Source: a virus. From it: a stretch of 60,447 nucleotides of DNA. A program made the translations under genes and the position numbers. The notes under the pieces were generated by a model. That model was not told where the DNA came from, made no database searches, and saw only the letters and a list, made by a program, of their open reading frames with translations. Positions 50,481-60,100 of the stretch are shown piece after piece (the first letter of the stretch is position 1; every line of letters starts with the position of its first letter). The stretch spans positions 1 to 60,447 of the IMG/VR virus record IMGVR_UViG_3300017773_000009; one strand, given 5' to 3'.

Positions 50481-52462
50481 TATTTTATTATTACTTTAGT
50501 AGTTATACTCAAATCATTTTTATTTACTTTAATTAAATAAAAACCTCTCTCTAACTCCACGTCTGAAATATTTTTATCTTTATAGACAATCTCTCCTAAA
50601 TTATTATAAACTATAATATCTACTATAGATTTAAAACTAATCAATCCACTTGAAGGATTTGGGAATGGTATTATTCCCATTCTTTCAAACGAAGTTATAT
50701 CTGTAGGACCTGACCAGCCATCTACACAGTAGGCATATAATCCATCACACCCATCATCCCATGTTGTATTACAGCAGTATGGGTCTACCTGTATCACCCA
50801 CTCAAAACATGTATTAGGAATGTAGTATACATTACCAGAATTACAGCCAGCAGAATAATAACAGGATGAGTCTGACATATTAGCTTCTGAATTATAGTTA
50901 ATAGCGTTGACATCAGTGCAGCCAAACAAAGGATAAACACAAGACCCATTATCAGTATTTGCATTATCATTATAATTAATTGCTGTGCTGTCTGTACATC
51001 CATAATAAAAAGGTATGCAATTACCATTATCTATATTTGCTTCTGAGTTATAATTAAACATTGTGTTATCTGTGCAACCATAAACAACGTCTATGCAAGA
51101 GTTGTCGTTAACATTAGCTAGTGGATTGTAGTTAAATGCTTCAGAGTCAGTACAACCTAAGACTGGTAGTATGCAACTACCATCATCAGTATTAGCTAAA
51201 GAATCATAGTTAAGAGCCTCAACAATCATACACCCCTCTATTACAGCTATACAAGTGTCAGGTACATTTGCATTAGGATTGTAGTTAAATGCTAGTTCAT
51301 TCATACAGCCTTCTACAACAGCAATACAAGAATTTTCTAGCTCTACGTTTGCCTCAGGGTCAAAGTTTAGTGCTTCTTCATCCATGCAACCTAATACTAT
51401 TAAAGTCTCACAAGTTTCATCGTCAAAGTCTGCGTCTTCATTGTACTCTAAATATATTGGATTAGTGCAGCCTAAAACATAATAGCAGCTTTCATCGTCT
51501 GTATTGGCAAGAACATTATAATTTAATGATGTATCATCTGTGCAACCATAAATTCTTTCTATACACTCATCACCACAATAAGGCATTCCATTAACTATTA
51601 CAAAAGGAACTATAGGACTAGCAAATCCTCCTGGAGCATCAATGGCTACGTGCTCCTCAGAGTATACACTATACCCACATTGTACTGATGTAAACTGAGA
51701 CTGTTGCGTTATGTTAAACTTAACACTAATAGGTTCTGATATGCTTAACTCAAATGTAAACGTAGTATCAAAACCATCATCAAGAGTAAATATGCCTAGA
51801 AAGTTATTGCCTTGAAACACTTGTAGATATGCTCCAGCCCAACCATTACCAGCTAAATCTGTTAGTTCAAGCGTATGTGTACAACTATCTATTAGTATAT
51901 CTGTGTTAGCTGAATCTATATAATTATAAGCTAAAGAGTCAGTACAGCCAAATACTTTTTCTGTAAAACACATCCCTGTATCTATTGTTGCTATTGGTAG
52001 GAACTCTAAAAAGCTATCATCCATGCAGCCAAATATAGGTGGAGGGGGAGCACAATCTTCTACTGTAAATCCATGATAAGAAGCAAATCCAAAATTGGCT
52101 GAATCCATTTCAACTAAAGTATCATTACATCTTACTAAATAGTATGAGCCATCTTGTCCACCCCATAAACTGCCTTGCATACCATCTCCATATCCATCAC
52201 TTATCACAAAATCGTAATCACCATTAGGTAGGCATAGCTGTGTAACTTGAGGTGAATAATCAACTATATTATCGTAGGGACCACCAGTAACTACTGTATC
52301 TAAGTTATCATCTAATATAGCCCAAGAAGTTTCTTCTGGGTATTGGTCTGGATTAATAACTATATCTAGATACGTACCATTAGGACATTGAGCAAATGCT
52401 GAAGCCATGGTAAAAACCACAACCATTATAAAAGCGTATAAAAATTTAGTAAAGTTGTTCAT
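50480..52462 (-). CDS. Secreted Cys-repeat protein with a T9SS (Por) C-terminal sorting domain (660 aa)
   Basis: Signal peptide MNNFTKFLYAFIMVVVFTMASAFAQ. 11 copies of G-C-(T/M)-D-x3-(A/L)-x-N-(Y/F)-(N/D)-x3-A-(N/D)-x-D-(D/N)-x-S-C. The C-terminus IIPFPNPSSGLISFKS...YNNLGEIVYKDKN...ERGFYLIKVN...TTKVIIK is typical of T9SS CTDs. Confidence 0.75.
   Translation of the reverse strand: MNNFTKFLYAFIMVVVFTMASAFAQCPNGTYLDIVINPDQYPEETSWAILDDNLDTVVTGGPYDNIVDYSPQVTQLCLPNGDYDFVISDGYGDGMQGSLWGGQDGSYYLVRCNDTLVEMDSANFGFASYHGFTVEDCAPPPPIFGCMDDSFLEFLPIATIDTGMCFTEKVFGCTDSLAYNYIDSANTDILIDSCTHTLELTDLAGNGWAGAYLQVFQGNNFLGIFTLDDGFDTTFTFELSISEPISVKFNITQQSQFTSVQCGYSVYSEEHVAIDAPGGFASPIVPFVIVNGMPYCGDECIERIYGCTDDTSLNYNVLANTDDESCYYVLGCTNPIYLEYNEDADFDDETCETLIVLGCMDEEALNFDPEANVELENSCIAVVEGCMNELAFNYNPNANVPDTCIAVIEGCMIVEALNYDSLANTDDGSCILPVLGCTDSEAFNYNPLANVNDNSCIDVVYGCTDNTMFNYNSEANIDNGNCIPFYYGCTDSTAINYNDNANTDNGSCVYPLFGCTDVNAINYNSEANMSDSSCYYSAGCNSGNVYYIPNTCFEWVIQVDPYCCNTTWDDGCDGLYAYCVDGWSGPTDITSFERMGIIPFPNPSSGLISFKSIVDIIVYNNLGEIVYKDKNISDVELERGFYLIKVNKNDLSITTKVIIK
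50858..51550 (-). repeat. Nine tandem ~25-27-aa GCTD...NYN...AN.D.GSC repeats (coding)
   Basis: Repeat glycines at residues 306, 331, 358, 385, 410, 436, 462, 488 and 514 of the 660-aa protein. Two more copies lie at residues 144-194. Confidence 0.85.
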
Positions 52463-52797
52463 TAGAATTTACTTATTATAAGTTCATCAATATAATTTTG
52501 TATTTCTTTTTTAGTAGCAACCATTTTAAAGCTAATGTCTGCTTGAAATCTTTTTACTTCTTCTCCATCATCAAACACTACTATCGTTGGAACAATAGCT
52601 ATTTCGTATTTAGTTTGATTGTTATCTTCTTCTATTAATAGAGTTTGTTTATCGCATTCTTTTAGTTTTGAAAACCAAACAACATCATTAGATGAATTAA
52701 AGTCTGCATTAAAATGTATTGCTTCTATTTGAGCAAAAGCACCATTAGAAAACAATATTAATATGTAACTAAAAAATATTTTCCAGATTGCTTTCAT
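52462..52797 (-). CDS. Secreted thioredoxin-fold protein lacking the CxxC motif (111 aa)
   Basis: Signal peptide MKAIWKIFFSYILILFSNGAFAQ. ...YEIAIVPTIVVFDDGEEVKRFQ matches the Trx cis-Pro/beta region. The active-site position reads FNADFNSSN. Confidence 0.5.
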   Translation of the reverse strand: MKAIWKIFFSYILILFSNGAFAQIEAIHFNADFNSSNDVVWFSKLKECDKQTLLIEEDNNQTKYEIAIVPTIVVFDDGEEVKRFQADISFKMVATKKEIQNYIDELIISKF

Positions 52798-53072
52798 TAT
52801 TTTAGTGCGTCAATTTTATCTTCCATTCTAATCATACGCTCTTCTAGCTTTTCCACATTACGCTCTGTGTTCTTAATAGACTGTCGTATATTAACATCCT
52901 TCATGTCAAACTCCATTTTAGAAATTTCAGGTTCTGGAAGTTCTTTAGCTTCAGCTATATCTGCTTGCAGAGAAAACCACATTCCTATTAGTGTTGCCAT
53001 TGCAAATCCAACACCTATTAGTGTTTGTATACTTATTTTAAAGCTTGTATTCTCGCTTAGTTCTTTTGCCAT
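52797..53072 (-). CDS. Membrane-anchored coiled-coil protein (91 aa; i-spanin-like architecture)
   Basis: One TM (LIGVGFAMATLIGMWFSL) followed by a charged helical segment (NTERNVEKLEERMIRMEDKIDALK). Confidence 0.45.
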   Translation of the reverse strand: MAKELSENTSFKISIQTLIGVGFAMATLIGMWFSLQADIAEAKELPEPEISKMEFDMKDVNIRQSIKNTERNVEKLEERMIRMEDKIDALK

Positions 53073-53074
53073 TA

Positions 53075-54109
53075 CTAAAAAATTCTATAGTTTATTCCAA
53101 ATTTAAAATCATACCACTCTCTATCCCAATACTTATTATACTTACCTTCAATAAAGCAACCCACATTTTTATTCACTTTATATCCAAATATTAATCCTCC
53201 TGAATAGTCATACCACTGTTCTCCATCATTAAAGTTGTGATATGAATATGCCTCGCCATCATCATAATGATAAGGCATTAGATTACCCCATGTGTGTAGC
53301 CAAAAATTTTTTTTATAGTGATAGAAATCAAACCCAACAACTAACGAATACTGCCACTGGTTATCTAGTTCACTCCTTTTCTTTTCTACATAATCCTCTA
53401 GAACTTGAGGGATAACAACATTATTCCAGATAGAAGCGTTTTCAGCAACTAAGCTACCATCTGGAGCTCTATATTCAGATTCGTATACATCTACGCTATA
53501 ACCTTCTTCAATCGCTAAACAAGTATAGTGTAGCTCTCCAGATAAAATTAACCACTCCTCTAGTGGGTCATAACCATAAGGCTCTGCAAGTCTTTGTACA
53601 GCTCCTAAATTAAAAGATAGTTTTTTCTTTCCATTAATTCTTAACCTCTGTGTTGCTTCGTAATATTCTATATCTGCAAATCCTTCTTTAACATATTGTA
53701 CTTTTGTAAACCACAATGGTTTAACATATCTAAGAAAGTGATGTTGGTCTAGATACTCTATTCCCTCTTGTCTCCTGTAATCTATTTCAAACAGGTATTC
53801 AAATGATGCCCTTCCTATATTAGCAGCATCAGAGAAAGAAGTTTCTGTACCATCTTTAAATGGTGATGTACCTTCGTACTGAAACCTTTGTATCTTCCTA
53901 ATCCCCATAGACAATGAATAATCAAATGGGGTAAATACTGTGTCGTAAAGTAATGTGCTTTTGTCTACAGAATAAATATTTTTATCTGCTAAAGATGTTC
54001 CACCATTAGCAGCCACATAAAATGTAGAAAACTTAAAGACTTTCTTAATTTGTGCGTTTGTCTCAAGTGTATAAGATAGTAATATGAAAATTAAAAAAAA
54101 TAGACGCAT
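53075..54109 (-). CDS. Outer-membrane beta-barrel-like protein (344 aa from ATG 54109; the ORF track starts at TTG 54115)
   Basis: Signal peptide MRLFFLIFILLSYTLETNAQ. Alternating aromatic/beta pattern and a C-terminal ...FGINYRIF ending in Phe. Confidence 0.55.
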   Translation of the reverse strand: MRLFFLIFILLSYTLETNAQIKKVFKFSTFYVAANGGTSLADKNIYSVDKSTLLYDTVFTPFDYSLSMGIRKIQRFQYEGTSPFKDGTETSFSDAANIGRASFEYLFEIDYRRQEGIEYLDQHHFLRYVKPLWFTKVQYVKEGFADIEYYEATQRLRINGKKKLSFNLGAVQRLAEPYGYDPLEEWLILSGELHYTCLAIEEGYSVDVYESEYRAPDGSLVAENASIWNNVVIPQVLEDYVEKKRSELDNQWQYSLVVGFDFYHYKKNFWLHTWGNLMPYHYDDGEAYSYHNFNDGEQWYDYSGGLIFGYKVNKNVGCFIEGKYNKYWDREWYDFKFGINYRIF

Positions 54110-54112
54110 GTG

Positions 54113-54143
54113 CAAATATACTATTTTAATTCCTTTTTAACAA
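54113..54143 (-). promoter_or_regulatory. Candidate promoter (TTG-N20-TATATTTG, minus strand); the -33 element lies inside the end of the giant ORF; near-leaderless OMP transcript
   Basis: caaatata at 54113-20 and caa at 54141-43 on the plus strand. ATG at 54109. Confidence 0.45.
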
Positions 54144-57100
54144 CTTTTCTCAACTCATAATCATATATGTAGTCTCCAGTGGATACTTGCTGTATTGCTT
54201 CTCTCTCAACATCAGAAACTACATACTTCCTAAATATGGAATTTATTTCTGAAGTAGTTACAATACCAAGCTGTGCAGCAATCATTAAGTTTGATGCCAC
54301 TTTTTGTAGTTCTGAATTACTTACATTCCTATGAGATGGTATTATTGGAAATGCCTGTCCTATATACATTGATATTTGATTTCTCTTTCCAATATATATA
54401 TCTTTCTCTGCTGGCATCTTAGTCATCTTGTAAGCTCTATTAGAGTTCATCCCTAACTCTTCTAGATTTACCCTATGATTATATAGTGTTGAAAATGTTT
54501 CCTGTAACTTTTCGTTTGCTTTTTCTAAAGCATTGTCTTTCTGACTGTTGCTAACATCATCCTTACCTGCTACATCATAATACAATCTAGAGTTTAGCTT
54601 TGAATCATCAACAGCATCTTGCACCCTAAAGTAGTATTGTTTCTCTGCATTTAACTGTGATATTCTAACACCACCAAATGTAGAAACTAACTCTTTAAGC
54701 AAGTCTTTATCAGGGTCAGCCATCTTCATGAAAGATTTTACTGTACCAGGAGTTAATACTTTAGCTATATGATTAAATCCTTTTACAGCAATACTTCCTG
54801 GGTCATCAGTTTCATTATATATTGGATTACCATAGCCATCTCTGTTTGAATTAACTTCTAGTATAGCTTCTGTTACAGGCTCCATACCTAAGAATGGGTC
54901 AAATGTTTCTCTTAAAAACTCCATTACAGAATCTTCTTCTCCAGAAACCATGTTAAATAAAGTTTTACCAGACTTCTTAATATGAGCATATGGGTCAAGA
55001 GAACTAAAGTCGAAGTAGTAAACATTACCATCTTCAAACTCTACAGGTACTAGGTCTGAATTTCTAGACCATGGTGCAACCTCTAGCTGTAGTGCTTCTG
55101 TTTTTTCTTCATCCCAATCAGGTAATAGATTTCTCACAGCAGCAGCGATTAATGTAGCAAGTGAACTGGCAGTTAATAATCCAACAGCTCTTCTTTTACC
55201 CATACCACTAACTACCTCATTATCAGACTTAATCATCTTAGGAGTGTTTGATATATGATTTATAGTGTTTCTAGCCATCTCTGAAACAAACGATGGGAAT
55301 GTACCAACAAGAGGGAACTTTCTAATCTCTTTAATAGCATGTGGTATTTTACTATATGTTGGCATATGATTCAACACATCGTCAGAAGCCATCTTATCTA
55401 TCTGCTCTTCTGTAGCGTTAGGATACGCTTTAGTATAATCTTGTTTAAGATTGTAAAAAGCAAATATTTTCCAGTAATCATCTTCTGCCTGATACGCTTT
55501 CTGTGCTATGTTAGAAGCTCCTTGAGTAACTAGTTTAGCTTTATTAGTAAACATCTTTGTTGTAGGAATCTCTTCACCCATAGTATCGTTGATGATAGCC
55601 TTCAATTCACCACTGTAAGCTCCATCTCTTATCACTCCAAGTTGAATTAATTTTCTCAACTCAGACTCATTCCACCTTCCATCAGTTTTTAATTTATCAA
55701 ACATATACTTGTGAGAGTTTATGTTAAATGGATTGATACCAAAAGAACCAACAACTAGTGTGTTAGATAAGAAGTTTCTAATATGCGTTTGAACACTTAG
55801 TATCGTTGCTCCATACTTAAACATGTAGTTTGCAGTCATTAAAGATTGCATCAACATACCATTTTGATTTGGCTCTGATGTAAACATTTTAATAACCTCA
55901 GCAAACTCAGGTGTTGTGTATAGTGCCTGCCCTTGAGTTAGTGGGTAATACTGACTATACTTAGTTGACTCTTCTTTGCTAATTCTTTTTGGGAACTTTT
56001 GACTATCATATTTGTCAGAAAGAAATCCTTCTTGGAAACCTATCTCTCTTAATCCAGATAAAAATTTACTCTGCTCTATTATGTGTATTAGTTTAGAAGA
56101 TGTTTTATAGAAGTTTGATACTGGGTCTTTAGATTCTCCCATAACATCTCTCATCCAAGTAGGAATATCTTTCCTTCTTTTAAATGATTTAACATCCCTC
56201 TTAAGTAAATCTTTAGCTCTGAAGAAAGCAAGTGGATTATTACCAATCCCTTTCATCTCTGCAAATACTTCGTTTAATATTTCTGTGGCAGCATTTTCTG
56301 TAAGCTCTATACCCATCTCATCGTAAGATTTTCTTAATTGATATACAGCGTTATTCCAAACTTCAGGAGCTACCTCATAGTTTGGGTTTTCAAAAACATC
56401 ATAAGTTCTGTTTACATACACCCCAATATTACTAGCAACAACAGCCTCTAAATCTCCCTGAACCATACCCTCATCAATCAAGTGTTGAGAAAGCGAGTCA
56501 ATATAATCTCTCATCCCTACAATAGATTCTTGTATACTTGGAGGTAACATTTCTACCAACTCATAAGTTCCTGTTAATGATGAGTTTATAGCTTCAAGAG
56601 TTTCTTTATCTAACTCTTTACCATACTCTTTTTCTACAGCTATCTGAAACTTATCAACAATGTTTTCAACATCAAACATCTTTGCTTTTGTTTCGTTAAG
56701 TTTCTTAATACTAGCCTCGTAAGTTTTCTTACTCATCAAGCCTCTAGTAGTAAAGTTCTTCTTAAACTGTAGTTTAGCATTAGTGCCATTGAAACTAAAG
56801 AACCCATTGTCTTGAATCCTTATGTTGTCCATGTGTATCTGTAGTGGAGGAAGCTTAGACTCTTTAGCCCTTAGAGATATTGCACCAAGCAATGCTCCAT
56901 TCTTTGTGTATCCACCAAGCTTTTTATTTCTCTGTGCTGTATCACCTTCAAAGTATTGCTCTCCCTCAGATGTAAGTGCGTAATTCATTAAGTTAGAAAT
57001 GTTTACTCCAGCCTCTGTATTTATTCCTAAAAACTCTCCATTGATTGTAATTGGATAGCCAGGATGTATTTGTTCTCCTCTAGGATTTTGTGAGTCTATT

Positions 57101-60100
57101 TTACCTACACTCATGATTGTTCCTCTTGGAACCTTTGTCAATTCATTCTTTGTGTTTTCAGACTTCAAAGGCATTGACTTTTCTAGTGTTAAGTCTAACA
57201 TTTTAGATATATTAGGAAACCCTTTATACTCTCCAGTCTCAAACTTAGCATTAGGGTTCTTAACTTCCAATACTCCTGCTGCACCCATAGAGTCCATAAA
57301 GTCTCTACGAACATCATAGGTTCCATTATCTATTAATAAACTTCTTAAGTCTTCAATAGAATTTATAGTTGAACCATGTATTTTAGCAAATCTTTTATTC
57401 CCAGTCTTTGTAGTTTGATTTATCTTTTCATTTATAAAAGAAATTGCTTCTATTTTGGTAAGCTCTCCTCTCTGTATAGACTCTTCTAACTCAAGAATAT
57501 ATAGGTTAGCAAACTCTTGGTTACCCCTGTGAGATATAGGACCTTGAGAAACAATAACCATGTACATATCTTTTGTCTTATATGCCATGTTCATAAACGA
57601 ACTAAAAGCAGCATCTGTTGTAGATGCCCATAGAGCATTCTTATCAGCATACTTTTTACCAAACAAAGGACCACCATTTATATCTACCTGAATATTAGAA
57701 CCTTCTCTATATCCAGTATATACTCCAGTTCCCATTAGGTCTCCAGGAACAACAAGTATTAGCTTACCCTCTAGTTCTTGTAGGTTAAATATTGGTAATC
57801 CACCAAACTTAGATTCTTTTGGTTTAGAATATCCAACCCTTTCAAAGAATCCTTCTGGAACTTCTGCAAGTCCAAATGGTTGTCCCTGTGGTGTGTCTCC
57901 CAACATATCCATCTTAGACTCTCTTGGCTCTCTAGATTTAAAATCTATATCTTCTATAACAATATCCTCAATAAATTCTGATGGCATATTTCCATTTCTA
58001 TCCATGTAGTCTTTACTGAAATCACTCTTCATGAATCCAGTCATAGGATTAAATCCTTCTACATTTCTTAAATAAAATTTACTCTTATCAAAGAACCATC
58101 TTGGAATAGTTATCCTAGTTACATCATCTATCTCTTGTATGTTTGCTATAGATTTTGGAAGGTAGTTAAACTTGTAACTTCTTTCCTTAGACCTATCTTC
58201 AGAATACTTAATTGCTTTTCCTGATGCAGTTTCCCCATGTAATCTATCTGAGCTTATCTCAAATGTCATTGGGTCATTCTTAATCTTGTCGTATCTTTCG
58301 TTATACTCTTGCTGTGCTTTCTCCCAAAGTTCTCTTTGTATCTGGAACTTTTTAGATGAGTCTTGCATTTGTTTTAACAAGTCGTACTTAGATGTTATCT
58401 GTGATGAAGATAATCCCTTATCACGACCATACATCATCTTCCATCCAGTCATCTTAGAAAACTTAACTGTCTTACCAGTCTTCTTTTCTACTGCCTCAAA
58501 AGCTTTGTCTTGTGGGTTTGTTTTAGCAACATTCTTAGCGTAAACTAGCCCACCTATTTGAATTACTTCATCAGCATGTAGAACAGGCATGCCATCAGCT
58601 CTATCATAGAAGTACGAGTGCCTAAAAGGATTCATACCTATTTGAGACCAAGTATCATCGTTTATTATAGATGCTATAAAGTCCATAGCATTCTGTCCCT
58701 GCTCTTGTGGTGTTGCCCCCTCTATTGGAGACCACTCACCCTGCATCCTAGCAATGGTAGCCTTACCCATTCTCTTACCACCTGGCTTTAATTCAGCATG
58801 CCTAGCAATATTCATGGCAACTACAGGGTTAGATGTGAAGTCTACATTCTTTATCTTAGCAACATTACTGTATGACAAAGGTGCACCAGTAGTACCACCC
58901 TCATGTACAGTGATAGCCCATATATTACTATTAGTGTAAGCAGGTATATCTAATCTTAATCCAACTGATTTACCTTCCTCAAACTGTAGGTTTATCTTAC
59001 CCTCAGATTTTACACCAACAGCAGTAGATATATCTTCAGCTTTTGCTGGCTCAATAAAATCTATAATTGGTTTGATTGGACTGTATTGATTTACTGTAGC
59101 AAGATATTCTTCTTGTGTAATCTCTTCGTTATAGTATGCTTCAGCAGCATCTCTAACAATGTTATTTCTTTCTGTTATAGCCCTGTCTCCTCTACCTATT
59201 TTAGATGGTGACCACTGAAGTTTTGATTCTTTAACATTAAGTTTTTCAGTAAACAAAGAGGAGTCTGTAAATATTATGCTTTTTTCTTGAGTGTCTTCAG
59301 TCATGTCTAACAAGGCGTTTCTTCTCTGCTCTTCTGTAAGGTTCAATCTTCTTTCTACATTTCTAGATTCAACCTCACCATAATTTGAATAATAAGCCAT
59401 ATAAGCAGCTACATTAGTGCCATCTTCTTTACGAAGATTATCTAGCTCTGATGCTTGGCGTTCTAATCTATTTCTTCTTTCTGTTAAAGAATTAATCTCA
59501 GATTGAGTAATGCTGCCACTATTTTCTATTTCCCTAGTTATCTTAGCTATAGAGCTATCAATCTCACTTAAAGCACTAGATGGACTGCTTCCACCTTCAA
59601 AATTTTCTATATCTTGAATGTAATGCTGTACTTCATGAATCAAAGTCTGCCTAACCAACTCTTCTGTAGAACCCCTTCCCACCTCTAATACTATCTGAGG
59701 AAGATTGTCTGGAGTATACAATCCATTATAAGAGCCTCCAACCTCTCCTTCCTGAAGGTAACTATCTTTCTTTACTAAGACATTTATTTTGTTTATATCT
59801 TGTAAGGTACCAGCAAAATCACCTGTGCCATATAGCTCAGTAAGTTCACCTAAGTTAGCTAATTCAGTAAGCTTTACAATATCGCCAGACTTAATACTTT
59901 CAATATCTTTCTTTAGACTAAGTGGCATCAATTCATATCTCCACTGACCATCTTTTCCAAGCTCCCACCCTGTCTGTCTCTTTATTAAAAGTGGGTCTTG
60001 ATTTTCTTTTGTCATCTGCTTGGCAAGAATGTAATTATCAAGCCTTAGATTATCAAGATTAGCACGAACTCCTATTACAGAACTTTTTGGTCTTATAGGT

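Noticed and set aside
50794-51027. 77-aa minus-strand ORF inside the T9SS repeat gene, and 48672-48920 inside the DUF5675-like gene
   Set aside because: These are out-of-frame overlaps within longer ORFs that have clear domain signatures.
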